A stretch of 64,000 nt of DNA from NCBI GenBank assembly GCA_963555995.3, contig OY821641.1, positions 2,784,001 through 2,848,000 of the forward strand, given 5' to 3'. Below the pieces are notes generated by a model that saw nothing but the letters and a program-made list of their open reading frames with translations, ran no database searches and was not told the DNA's origin. This document shows, one piece after another, positions 9,692 to 19,270 of this stretch; within the stretch, counting starts at the first letter, position 1, and each line of letters starts with the position of its first letter. Both the position numbers and the translations under genes were made by a program. The stretch comes from Vicinamibacteria bacterium. Its GTDB lineage: Bacteria; Acidobacteriota; Vicinamibacteria; Marinacidobacterales; Marinacidobacteraceae.

Positions 9692-11977
9692 ATGTTCGCG
9701 GCCCTGCCCCGCGGAAGGGCCGCGGCCGGTGTCCTGCCAGCAGGAATCGCCGCGGCTCTTTTGCCGTTTCTGACCGTCGAAACGGCCTTCTCCCAGCAGC
9801 CGGTGGACTTCGAGACCGCGCGTCTCGACCGCCGCCTCCCGGCGGTGCGGGCGACCCGGACCATCCGGATTGACGGTGTCCTCGACGAGGACGAATGGGC
9901 CGGCGCTCCCGTCGCGACGGATTTCATCCAGGGCAACCCCAACGAGGGGATGCCCGCGACCTTCGCGACCGAGGTCCGGGTTCTCTACGACGACGAGTTC
10001 CTCTACGTCGGCGCGGTCGCCCACGACGACCCCGACGGACTGATCGTGAACGACCTCTCGCGGGACTTCTCGACCCGCGCCGGCGACATCTTCGGCGTCA
10101 CGGTGGACACGTTCCACGACCGGCGGAACGGCTACATGTTCGAGACGAACCCGGCCGGGGCGAAGTTCGACGGACAGGTCTTCAACGAAGGGCGCGAGTT
10201 CAATCGCGACTGGGACGGCGTCTGGTACGTCGAGACGCTCCGCACTGCCGGCGGCTGGCAGGCGGAGATGGCGATCCCCTTCAAGACGCTGCGGTTCCGT
10301 GAGAGCCCCGAACAGACCTGGGGCATCAACTTCCTGCGGCGGATCCGGAGGCTGAACGAGGACTCGTTCTGGGCGCCGATCCCCCGGTTCTTCAACTTCG
10401 CCCGCATCTCCTACTCGGGGACCATCGAGGGGCTCACCGGACTCCGGTCCGGGGGCCGGTTCAAGGTGACCCCGTACGCGCGGGCGGAGACGAGCCAGGG
10501 CCCCGCCGATTCCGACGAGGGAACCGTGAATTCTGCCGACCTCGGGGTGGACGCCAAGGTCCTCGTCGGTACCGGACTGAATCTGGATCTGACCGCGAAC
10601 ACGGACTTCTCCCAGGTCGAGGCCGACGTCCAGCAGGTCAACCTGACCCGCTTCAACCTCTTCTTTCCCGAGAAGCGGGACTTCTTCATCGAGAACTCCG
10701 GCATCTTCCGTTTCGGGGTCCCGAGCGATTCGAGGGTCACCCAGTTCCGGGCCGACTTCGGGCAGGCCTTCAACCCCGCCACTCTGCGCGCCAGCCAGAG
10801 CCGGGGCGACGACCTCTACCTGTTCTTCAGCCGGCGCATCGGCCTCTCGCGGACGGGCACCCCGATCCCGGTGCTCGGCGGGGGGCGGCTCACCGGACGG
10901 GCCGGCGCCTACGAACTCGGGGTGATGAGCATCCAGACCGGGGAACACGAGGACGCCCCTGGAACCGAGAACTTCACGGCCGTCCGGGTGCGCCGCAACG
11001 TCGGGGGCAACTCGGACGTGGGCGCCGTCTTCCTGAACCGGGAAACGGGGTCCGGGAGCGAACACTACAACCGCTCGATGGGCCTCGACGCCAACATCCG
11101 GCTCACCCCCGAGCTGGAGGTCAACTCGTTCTGGGCGCGGACCGCGACGCCCGGACTCGCCGGCGACGACCAGGCGGCGCGGGTGGCGGCGAACTACGAC
11201 GGCCGTCTCTGGCAGTTCCGGGGCGCCTGGACCCGGCTCGGGGACGACTTCAACCCCGAGATGGGCTTCGCCCCCCGGATCGGCGTCCGCCGCCTGCTCG
11301 GCTACGTCGGCTACCACTACCGCCCGTCCTGGTGGAGCGACATCGTGCGGGAGATCAATCCCCACTTCGAGTGGAACGACTACGTGAACTCCGACGGGGA
11401 GCTGGTGAGCCGCTACACCAACTGGCACGTCGGCTTCCGCCACCAGAACGGGGCGTTCTTCGAGTTCGGCTACAACGACAGCATCGAGAACACTTTCGCG
11501 CCGTTCCCCCTGCACCCGACCACCACGGTGCTGCCGGGCGAGCACCCCTACGACGAATGGTTCGTCATGCTGTTCTCGGACCCGAGCCGGCCGATTTCCC
11601 TGAACGGCCGCTACGACTGGGGAGGCTTCTACTCCGGGGACCGGAAGGCGTTGAACCTGAGCACGGTGGTCCGCGTCGGCGGGAAGCTGACCTCCTACAT
11701 CGGCTGGAGCCGGAACGACATCTCGCTCCCCGAGGGCGCGTTCGTCGCCGACCTGCTCACCGCCCGGGTCACCTACACCTTCACCACCACGATGTTCCTG
11801 AACGCGCTGATCCAGTACAACAACATCACCGAGGACTGGAGCTCGAACATCCGCTTCAACCTGATCCACCGGCCCCTTTCCGACTTCTTCATCGTGCTGA
11901 ACGACCGGCGCGACCCGATGGGCAACCGCCTCGACCGGGCGCTCATCGCCAAGTACACGATCCTGATGGACTTTTGA
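9692..11977 (+). CDS. DUF5916 protein with N-terminal CBM9-like sugar-binding domain
   Basis: IDGVLDEDEW, AEMAIPFKTLRF, NTDFSQVEAD...FFPEKRDFF, FFSRRIGL. Confidence 0.88.
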   Translation: MFAALPRGRAAAGVLPAGIAAALLPFLTVETAFSQQPVDFETARLDRRLPAVRATRTIRIDGVLDEDEWAGAPVATDFIQGNPNEGMPATFATEVRVLYDDEFLYVGAVAHDDPDGLIVNDLSRDFSTRAGDIFGVTVDTFHDRRNGYMFETNPAGAKFDGQVFNEGREFNRDWDGVWYVETLRTAGGWQAEMAIPFKTLRFRESPEQTWGINFLRRIRRLNEDSFWAPIPRFFNFARISYSGTIEGLTGLRSGGRFKVTPYARAETSQGPADSDEGTVNSADLGVDAKVLVGTGLNLDLTANTDFSQVEADVQQVNLTRFNLFFPEKRDFFIENSGIFRFGVPSDSRVTQFRADFGQAFNPATLRASQSRGDDLYLFFSRRIGLSRTGTPIPVLGGGRLTGRAGAYELGVMSIQTGEHEDAPGTENFTAVRVRRNVGGNSDVGAVFLNRETGSGSEHYNRSMGLDANIRLTPELEVNSFWARTATPGLAGDDQAARVAANYDGRLWQFRGAWTRLGDDFNPEMGFAPRIGVRRLLGYVGYHYRPSWWSDIVREINPHFEWNDYVNSDGELVSRYTNWHVGFRHQNGAFFEFGYNDSIENTFAPFPLHPTTTVLPGEHPYDEWFVMLFSDPSRPISLNGRYDWGGFYSGDRKALNLSTVVRVGGKLTSYIGWSRNDISLPEGAFVADLLTARVTYTFTTTMFLNALIQYNNITEDWSSNIRFNLIHRPLSDFFIVLNDRRDPMGNRLDRALIAKYTILMDF

Positions 11978-12011
11978 TCACTGTCCCGCGGCAGCGGGAA
12001 AGGAGAAAACC

Positions 12012-12401
12012 ATGAAGACCATGCTCGACCAGCACAAGGACACCGCCTATGCGCTCCTGCGCATCGTCGCGGGGTTCCTTTTCTTCTGCCACGGCGCGCA
12101 AAAGATCTTAGGGCTGATGCTCCGGGAGGGTCAGTCCCAACCCGCACTGATGTCCCTTCATGGTCTCGCCGGCGTCATCGAACTCGTCGGGGGACTAATG
12201 ATCGCCGCAGGATTTCTCACTGGAATCGCCGCTTTCATCTGCAGCGGCCAGATGGCTGTGGCCCATTTCTACAGTCACCAGTTTGCCGGAAACGGATTCT
12301 GGCCGATCCAGAATCGCGGTGAACTGGCGATCATCTACTGCTTCCTGTTCCTGTTCATCGCCATGGCCGGTGCCGGGAAGTGGAGCGTGGACAACCGCTG
12401 A
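12012..12401 (+). CDS. DoxX family membrane protein
   Basis: LLRIVAGFLFFCHGAQK, GQMAVAHF, NRGELA, GAGKWSVD; RBS AGGAG. Confidence 0.9.
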   Translation: MKTMLDQHKDTAYALLRIVAGFLFFCHGAQKILGLMLREGQSQPALMSLHGLAGVIELVGGLMIAAGFLTGIAAFICSGQMAVAHFYSHQFAGNGFWPIQNRGELAIIYCFLFLFIAMAGAGKWSVDNR

Positions 12402-12418
12402 GGGATCCCTCCCCGGGT

Positions 12419-12575
12419 TGGAACGCCGGCTTCAGCCGGCACAGCGGCCCGTAGGGCCGCGGGCGGTTTGTCGCTACCCCGGGTCCATTGGCGCGCGCAA
12501 CTGCGCCATCCCGGCGAATGATGCGGTCCCGCAGCCCGCCTTCGGCGGGCTGTGCCGGCTGAAGCCGGCGCTCCA
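12419..12575. repeat. REP doublet (REPIN-like), homolog of 299-457
   Basis: Inverted GGAACGCCGGCTTCAGCCGGC pair with a similar inner spacer, between convergent genes. Confidence 0.85.
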
Positions 12576-12613
12576 AGCCGTTCCGCCGTTTTCCTGACCG
12601 GCGGAGTGAGCAG

Positions 12614-13018
12614 TCAGCGCCGGCGGCGGCGCTGCCGCTGGATGACCTTCATCTGGTCCGGGTCGGTGACGCCGATGAACAACTGGTCATTCTCCTCCAT
12701 GACCTCGCCGGTGATCTGCAGGTTCCGTCCCTTGTAGCGCTTCATCGGGTCCACGCCCGTCCACAGGTGCATGTGGGACTCCGGAATGAGGGCCAGGAAG
12801 CCCGAGAGGAAGGAGATGTGAAAGCCGGACCCCTGAATCATCCGGACATCAACAGCCCGGCCCCCGACGGTGATCTCCTCGCCGACGTGCTCGGCGGTCA
12901 CGTCCCCGACCGCCACCACCTCGACCTCTTCCTCGGCCGGGGGATCCTGCGCCGACGCCACCGGGGCGATCAGGAGCGCGAGCGCGGCCGCCGCCGCGCG
13001 CCGGTTGCGGATTCTCAT
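12614..13018 (-). CDS. Secreted small OB-fold-like protein (paralog 1)
   Basis: Signal peptide ending ASA-QDPPAEEE; HVGEEITVGGR...YKGRNLQITGEV; Arg-rich C-terminus. Confidence 0.75.
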   Translation of the reverse strand: MRIRNRRAAAAALALLIAPVASAQDPPAEEEVEVVAVGDVTAEHVGEEITVGGRAVDVRMIQGSGFHISFLSGFLALIPESHMHLWTGVDPMKRYKGRNLQITGEVMEENDQLFIGVTDPDQMKVIQRQRRRRR

Positions 13019-13140
13019 GGCAGCCTCCTCGGCCGGCCCCTTCGCGGCGACGGACGGGAGAAAAACCGGCGAGGGCGGCGTACTCCCGTTATAGCAGCCC
13101 GTGACGAAACACGGGTGGTGTTCGGTCTGGCGTTGGGCCG

Positions 13141-13638
13141 CTAGCGGCCGGCGGAAACCACGGCGGCGTTCGACACCGCGGCCGCCGCCCTGATCGCTTC
13201 GGCCGGGTCCGGACCGCGCGGGCGCCGGCGGCGGCGGGTCCGGGGAACGATCTCGATCTGACTGCGCTCGCTGACGCGGATGTAAGGCAGTTCGCCCTGT
13301 TCCTCGATCTCGCCGGTGATCTTGATGATGCGCCCCCGGGCGTAGACCTTCACCGGGTCGGTCCCTTCCCAGTCACCAAGATCCTCCCGGGGGATGAACA
13401 CCCGGAAGGGGTAATCAATGTGGGTCCGGTCGAAGTGGATCGTGATGCCCTGGACGGGGTTGCTCTCGGTTCTGGCGATCCGTCCACGCACGACCAGATC
13501 CTCCCCGACGTTGTCGAGGGTGATCTCGTGCGCCTCCACGAACTCCTCCTCTTCGGCGGGAGGATCCTGAGCCAATGCCGGGGGAACGATCAGGAGCGCG
13601 AACGCGGCCGCAGCCGCGAGTGGTAAGCGGAATCTCAT
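13141..13638 (-). CDS. Secreted small OB-fold-like protein (paralog 2)
   Basis: MRFRLPLAAA...ALA-QDPPAEEE; NVGEDLVVRGR...GRIIKITGEI; RRRRR; RBS GGAGG. Confidence 0.75.
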   Translation of the reverse strand: MRFRLPLAAAAAFALLIVPPALAQDPPAEEEEFVEAHEITLDNVGEDLVVRGRIARTESNPVQGITIHFDRTHIDYPFRVFIPREDLGDWEGTDPVKVYARGRIIKITGEIEEQGELPYIRVSERSQIEIVPRTRRRRRPRGPDPAEAIRAAAAVSNAAVVSAGR

Positions 13639-13741
13639 GGCAGCCTCCTCGGCCGGCCCCTCTGCGGCGACGGACGGGAGAACCGCACTGGCCAGCCGGG
13701 GCCGGCGCACTGCTCTTTGTAACAAGACCTGCGCCCCCGAG

Positions 13742-14152
13742 TCAAAGGGGGAGCCGGGAGCGCCCGCCTTCGGGGCGCCCCTCTTTCCCCGCCTGACGGC
13801 GATAGTGCAGGCGCCGCGCGGCCCACGCGAAGGCGAAGAAATATCGGCGCAGTCCACTGGAGGAGTCCGCAGGCACGTCGGGATCAAGAAAGAGCCGACA
13901 GAACTCCTCACGGGCGCGCCGGATTTCCCGGGCCCGGTGGCCCCGCCAGCGCGCGTCGGCGCCGGTCAGGTCGAACAACTCCAGGGCCCTTGCGAAAGCG
14001 CCCTCGAACCGGCGGCTCGCGCCCGCTTCATGCGCCCGAATCGCGCGATCCACCTCGCTTCCCACGTTTCCGAGCTGCTCGACCAGTTCCAGTCGCGCCC
14101 AGCCCTCGCGGGCGGCCTGCTTGTGCAGCACTCCCGCGGTCTCGCTCCTCAT
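13742..14152 (-). CDS. Conserved hypothetical helical protein, partner of the DUF5674 gene
   Basis: EQLGNVGSEVDRA...ALELFDLT...EIRRAREEF; start overlaps the stop of the upstream gene (ATGA). Confidence 0.75.
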   Translation of the reverse strand: MRSETAGVLHKQAAREGWARLELVEQLGNVGSEVDRAIRAHEAGASRRFEGAFARALELFDLTGADARWRGHRAREIRRAREEFCRLFLDPDVPADSSSGLRRYFFAFAWAARRLHYRRQAGKEGRPEGGRSRLPL

Positions 14153-14538
14153 TCCGGAGGGACGAGTGAGTCCACCACGTCCCGGATGCGGGCGCGGACC
14201 TCGGGAGAGTCAACGCCGCGAGAGCGGTTCCCCTGGCTCGGGCGCAGGTTGATCATCGAGTCGAACTCGATCCAGCCGGCCCCGCGCTCGCCCGGATACA
14301 GATTGATTCCCCACAGATCCCACTGGTCCGAATCGTCCGCGAGGAGCACCGCCTCGTCGTCCGCATGGAGTTCCCCGCCGACTGCCATGACGCTGCGGGA
14401 AATGTCCACGACGGCCTTGATGAAATCTCCGAACTGCATCTCGGCCAAGCGCGCCAATTCTGCGCGGGAGATGCGGTCGCGAACAATTCGCCCGGTAGTC
14501 ACGGGGTCGGCTGGCCTCGTTCCGGCATCGTCCACCAC
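14149..14538 (-). CDS. DUF5674 family protein
   Basis: IKAVVDI...GGELHADDEAVLL...LWGINLYP...IEFDSMINLRP..GNRSRGV; start uncertain. Confidence 0.82.
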   Translation of the reverse strand: MVDDAGTRPADPVTTGRIVRDRISRAELARLAEMQFGDFIKAVVDISRSVMAVGGELHADDEAVLLADDSDQWDLWGINLYPGERGAGWIEFDSMINLRPSQGNRSRGVDSPEVRARIRDVVDSLVPPE

Positions 14539-14544
14539 CGGCCG

Positions 14545-15264
14545 TCAATGCAGCGTCTCGGAGCGCTTCCGTTCGTGCTCTTCGTAGTAGCGGTCGAAGC
14601 GCGCGCGGCGCCGCCGGCGCACCAGGTCGCTCCAGAGGACACCCAGGCGGGACCGGTATCGCGGAACCAGGCCGTCCCGCCGCAGCAGCACGTACCCCAC
14701 CACCAGCCCCCCGAGGTGGGCGATGTGGGACACCCCGTCGGAGGCCGCCGAAAGGGAGCCCGCCAGCGAAATGAAGCCGAAGAGGATCACCATGTGCCGC
14801 GCGCTCATCGGCAGGATGCCGAGCAGATAGACCTGCGCCGACGGGAACAGCAGGCCGAAGGCCAGCAGCAGCCCGTACACCGCCCCGGAGGCGCCGATGT
14901 GGAGCGCATCGAAGAACGCCGGCAGCGGCAGCAACGCGAAGAGTCCGGCCCCGACGCCGCAGAGCAGGTAGTAGCGGACGAAGCGGCGCCGTCCCCAGAC
15001 CTGCTCGAGCTGCGACCCGAACATGTAGAGGACGAACATGTTCATCAGCAGGTGGAACAGACCGCCGTGCAGGAACATGTAGGTGAAGAGGCGCCAGACC
15101 TGGAGCGAGAGCACCGCGGGCGGGTAGAGCCCGAGGAACACGGTGACCGCCGGGATCACAAGCTGGACCAGGTACACCCCGCCGGTGATCAGGATGAGCT
15201 GCTTGACGCCCTTGGGCATGGCTCCGCTTCCGAAGCCGATCGCGGTCCGGTAGCCCCGGTACAT
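14545..15264 (-). CDS. Rhomboid intramembrane serine protease
   Basis: WRLFTYMFLH, HLLMNM, GASG (catalytic Ser), AHLGG. Confidence 0.93.
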   Translation of the reverse strand: MYRGYRTAIGFGSGAMPKGVKQLILITGGVYLVQLVIPAVTVFLGLYPPAVLSLQVWRLFTYMFLHGGLFHLLMNMFVLYMFGSQLEQVWGRRRFVRYYLLCGVGAGLFALLPLPAFFDALHIGASGAVYGLLLAFGLLFPSAQVYLLGILPMSARHMVILFGFISLAGSLSAASDGVSHIAHLGGLVVGYVLLRRDGLVPRYRSRLGVLWSDLVRRRRRARFDRYYEEHERKRSETLH

Positions 15265-15269
15265 GGCGC

Positions 15270-18119
15270 CTAGGAAGCGCGCCGGGCCGCCGGCGCCGGT
15301 TCCAGGATGCCGCGGAGATAGCGCCCCGTCCAGGACCCGGCGTGCCGCGACACCGCCTCCGGGGTGCCGCAGACGACGAGTTCCCCGCCGCGCCCGCCGC
15401 CGTCCGGCCCGAGATCCACCAGGTGGTCGGCGGTCTTGATCACGTCCAGGTTGTGTTCGATCACCACCACGCTGTTCCCGGCGTCCACCAGACGGTCGAG
15501 CACCCGCAGGAGCCGGGCGATGTCGTCGAAGTGCAGTCCGGTGGTGGGCTCGTCCAGGATGTAGAGCGTGTCGCCGGTGGACCGCTTCGCCAGTTCGCGC
15601 GAGAGCTTGACCCGCTGCGCCTCGCCGCCCGACAGGGTCGGGGAAGGCTGCCCGAGCCGGATGTAGCCGAGCCCCACGTCCTGGAGCGTCTCGAGAATGT
15701 GGAGGATGCCGGGCTGCGACCGGAACACGGGGATCGCCTCGCTCACCGTGAGGTCGAGCACGTCGGCGATGGAACGGCCCTGGTAGCGCACCGTCAGCGT
15801 CTGGTCGTTGAACCGCCGGCCGCTGCACACCTGGCAGGTCACGAAGACGTCCGCCAGGAAGTGCATCTCCACCCGGATCACCCCGTCGCCCTGACAGTGC
15901 TCGCAGCGCCCGCCGGGCACGTTGAAGGAGAAGCGCCCCGGCTTGTAGCCCTGGGCGCGGGCGGCGGGAAGCGCCGCGAAGAGCGAGCGGATGCCGTCGA
16001 ACACCTTCGTGTAGGTCGCCGGATTCGAACGCGGGGTGCGGCCGATGGGGGACTGGTCAATGTCCACCACCCTCCCGACCCGTTCGATCCCCTCGATGTG
16101 GGAGTGCTTCCCCACCGGCCGTTCGGAACGGTGGAGCGCGCGGGCGAGCGCCCGGTAGAGCACCTCGTAGACGAGCGTGCTCTTCCCGGCGCCGGAGACC
16201 CCGGTGACGCAGGTGAGGGCGCCGAGCGGAATCGCCACGTCCACTTCCTTCAGGTTGTTCGCGCGCGCTCCCACGATCCGGATGGAATGCCGGGAGGGCC
16301 GCCGGCGCGGGGGCACGGCGATGTCGAGGTCGCCGCGCAGGTAGCGTCCCGTGAGCGACTTCGGCTCCTGCTGGATCTCCGCCGGCGTCCCGGTAGCCAC
16401 CACCTCCCCGCCGTAGACCCCGGCGCCCGGGCCGAAGTCCAGCACGTGGTCCGCGGCTTCGATGGTTTCCCGGTCGTGCTCGACCACCACGACGGTGTTG
16501 CCGATGTCCCGGAGCCGGTGCAGCGCCTCCAACAGCTTTCCGTTGTCGCGCGGGTGGAGCCCGATGGAGGGTTCGTCGAGGATGTAGATGACCCCGGTGA
16601 GCTCGGACCCGATCTGGCTGGCCAGCCGGATGCGCTGCGACTCTCCGCCCGACAGGCTCGGCGCCAGCCGGTCGAGCGACAGGTAGCCCAGGCCCACGTC
16701 GGCGAGGAAGCGGAGCCGGTTCCGGATCTCCTTCAGCAGTTCCGCCCCGATGACGAGCGCGGCGCCTTCCAGTTCGAGGTCTCCCACGAACCCGAGCGCG
16801 TCCTCGATGGACATCGAGGAGACGTCCGCGATGGTGTGGTCGCCCACGGTGACGGCGAGCGCCTCCGGCCGCAGCCGGGTCCCCCCGCACGCCCGGCACG
16901 CCCGGCTCGAGAAGAAGCGCGCGTAGTAGCGCCGCGCCCGGTCGGACGAGGTTTCCCGCATGCGGCGGGTCAGCAGGTTGAGGACTCCCTCCCAGAGCAC
17001 GTGCCGGGTACTCCGGTGGTAGCGGACCGTGATCCGCTCCCGGCCCGCGCCCTGGAGCAGGACGTCCCGCTTGCCGGCCGCGAGCCGCTGCCACGGCCGG
17101 TCGAGATCCACCGCGAAGCGCTTCGCGACCGCCCGGATCACGGTGGCCTCCCACCCGTCGCGCTCGGCGAAGCGCCCCCACGGCGCCACCGCGCCCTCGT
17201 TGACGCTCAGCCGCGGATCGGGGACCACCAGGTCCTCGTCCACCTCGCTGCGGGCTCCCAGCCCGTTGCACTCCTTGCACATCCCCTGCGGGCTGTTGAA
17301 GGAAAAGAGCTGTGGCGCGATGTCGGGGAAGCCGATCCCGCAGCTCGGGCAGCCGTTCTTCTCGGAGAAGATGCGGTCGCGGTCCTCGCCCTCGACCGCC
17401 GCGATCACGATGCCGTCGCCTTCGCGGAGCGCGGTCTCGACCGAATCGGTGACCCGCCCCCGCCACTCGTCGCCGGCCGGCTCCTTGCGGGTCAGCCGGT
17501 CCACGACGATCTGGACGTTGTGCTTCTTCCGCTTGTCGAGGGCGGCGGTCTCCTCGACGAGCTGGACCTCGCCGTCAATCCGGGCGCGGGAGAACCCCCG
17601 GCGCAGGATGTTCTCGAGGGTGGAGCGGAACTCGCCGCGCCGGTTCTCGAGGACCGGCGCCAGCAGCAGGAAACGGGCGCCGGCCGGCAACTGCGCCAGT
17701 TCCTCCACGATCTCCTGCGCCGTCTGCGGACTGACCGCGCGCCCGCAGCGCGGGCAGTGGGCCACGCCCACCCGGGCGAAGAGCACCCGCAGGTAGTCGG
17801 AGATCTCGGTGATGGTGCCGACCGTGGAGCGCGGGTTGTGGCTCGCCGACTTCTGGTCCACCGAGATGGTCGGCGAGAGCCCCTGGATCGTGTCGTAGAG
17901 GGGCTTGTCCATCTGCCCGAGGAACTGGCGGGCGTAGCTGGACAGCGATTCGACGTAGCGGCGCTGACCTTCGGCGTAGAGGGTGTCGAGCGCCAACGAC
18001 GACTTTCCCGACCCCGAAACCCCGCTCAGGACGACGAGGCGCTTCTTCGGAAGGCGAACCGTAATGTTCTTGAGATTGTGCTGCCGGGCGCCCCGCACCA
18101 CAATGTGATCGGGCTCCAT
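15270..18119 (-). CDS. uvrA: Excinuclease ABC subunit A
   Basis: GARQHNLKNI, two Walker A motifs (GVSGSGKS, GVSGAGKS), LSGGE signatures, Zn fingers. Confidence 0.98.
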   Translation of the reverse strand: MEPDHIVVRGARQHNLKNITVRLPKKRLVVLSGVSGSGKSSLALDTLYAEGQRRYVESLSSYARQFLGQMDKPLYDTIQGLSPTISVDQKSASHNPRSTVGTITEISDYLRVLFARVGVAHCPRCGRAVSPQTAQEIVEELAQLPAGARFLLLAPVLENRRGEFRSTLENILRRGFSRARIDGEVQLVEETAALDKRKKHNVQIVVDRLTRKEPAGDEWRGRVTDSVETALREGDGIVIAAVEGEDRDRIFSEKNGCPSCGIGFPDIAPQLFSFNSPQGMCKECNGLGARSEVDEDLVVPDPRLSVNEGAVAPWGRFAERDGWEATVIRAVAKRFAVDLDRPWQRLAAGKRDVLLQGAGRERITVRYHRSTRHVLWEGVLNLLTRRMRETSSDRARRYYARFFSSRACRACGGTRLRPEALAVTVGDHTIADVSSMSIEDALGFVGDLELEGAALVIGAELLKEIRNRLRFLADVGLGYLSLDRLAPSLSGGESQRIRLASQIGSELTGVIYILDEPSIGLHPRDNGKLLEALHRLRDIGNTVVVVEHDRETIEAADHVLDFGPGAGVYGGEVVATGTPAEIQQEPKSLTGRYLRGDLDIAVPPRRRPSRHSIRIVGARANNLKEVDVAIPLGALTCVTGVSGAGKSTLVYEVLYRALARALHRSERPVGKHSHIEGIERVGRVVDIDQSPIGRTPRSNPATYTKVFDGIRSLFAALPAARAQGYKPGRFSFNVPGGRCEHCQGDGVIRVEMHFLADVFVTCQVCSGRRFNDQTLTVRYQGRSIADVLDLTVSEAIPVFRSQPGILHILETLQDVGLGYIRLGQPSPTLSGGEAQRVKLSRELAKRSTGDTLYILDEPTTGLHFDDIARLLRVLDRLVDAGNSVVVIEHNLDVIKTADHLVDLGPDGGGRGGELVVCGTPEAVSRHAGSWTGRYLRGILEPAPAARRAS

Positions 18120-18412
18120 GGACTGTCCCGGGAGTCTAAAGGGAAGAGCACCCGCAGCGCCGGTCCAGACCAGCACCCACAGCGCCCGGAACGCCGATCC
18201 CCAGACCGGCACCCGCAGTGCTCCGCGCCGCGCACGTCACAACTCCACCCACCCACACGGCGTCCACAGCTTGGAACGCCGATCCCCTGTCAAGCGACAC
18301 CTAGTTTGGCCCAGATAAACGACACCTACTTTGTCACCCTGGAGAGCCTGTTTCGGCGGGGAAGGAGGGACGTTGGGGAGCGCGGCGGGAGCCCGGAGGG
18401 CGACCAGAGCGC

Positions 18413-19270
18413 TCACCGACGTCCCTCCTTCCCCGCCGGCGCCGCGGCGGGGGATGAGGCCGCCTCTTCCGGGAGGAGGAAGGATCGAGCGATCGTCTCC
18501 TGGCGCTCCCGGAAGCTCTGCTCCAGATCCCGCAGCCGATAGCTGCGGCCACGGATGTCGAGGACCACGCAGCGGTGCAGGAACCGGTCCAGGATCGCGC
18601 TCGCCAGCACCGCGTCCCCCGCCAGCACCTCCGGCCATTCCCGGATCGCCTTGTTCGTCGTGACCAGCACGCTCCCCCGCTCATGCCGGTCGTTGATCAA
18701 CCGGAACAGTTGACTCGCTTCCTTCGCGTCCAGGGCTTCGTAGCCCATCTCGTCGATGATCAACAGCGACGCCGACAGATACCGCCGGTTCCCCCGTGGC
18801 GTCGTCGACCCCTCATGCCGCTTCAGGGTCCGCAGCAACTCGTCCAGCCGGTAGAACGCCACCCGGAACCCGTTCTCCAGCGCCCGCATCCCCAGACCCG
18901 CCGCCAGGTGCGTCTTCCCCACCCCCGGCGGGCCCTGCAGCAGAACGTTCTGCCGCTCCCGGATCCAACCGCAGGTGCCCAACAGTTCCACCCGCGTCCG
19001 GTCCAGCGTCGGCTGGAAGCCGAAGTCGAAGTTCCCCAGGGTCCGTCCCAGAGGCAACCCCGCCATCCGCAGCCCCATCTCCAGCCGCCGCTGCCGGCGG
19101 AACTCCCTCTCCGTCTCCAGGACCCGAACCAACAGGCGATGCGCCGGCAGCTCCTCCCGCGCACACTCGGTCAGCAACTCGGACAACCGAGCCGATGCCT
19201 CCCGCATCCCGAGCTCTCCCAGGATCCGCCGCGTCCGGTCCAGGTCCAGGTCCACATCCATACTCACCAT
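18413..19270 (-). CDS. istB: IS21 helper ATPase
   Basis: FDFGFQP, GPPGVGKTHLA, LLIIDEMGY, TTNK..EW, AILDRFLH, GRSYRL. Confidence 0.95.
   Translation of the reverse strand: MVSMDVDLDLDRTRRILGELGMREASARLSELLTECAREELPAHRLLVRVLETEREFRRQRRLEMGLRMAGLPLGRTLGNFDFGFQPTLDRTRVELLGTCGWIRERQNVLLQGPPGVGKTHLAAGLGMRALENGFRVAFYRLDELLRTLKRHEGSTTPRGNRRYLSASLLIIDEMGYEALDAKEASQLFRLINDRHERGSVLVTTNKAIREWPEVLAGDAVLASAILDRFLHRCVVLDIRGRSYRLRDLEQSFRERQETIARSFLLPEEAASSPAAAPAGKEGRR

Noticed and set aside
15342-18542. 1066-aa plus-strand ORF, and other long antisense ORFs such as 9269..11869, 24980..27169 and 35188..37011
   Set aside because: Shadow ORFs opposite well-supported genes, expected in high-GC DNA.
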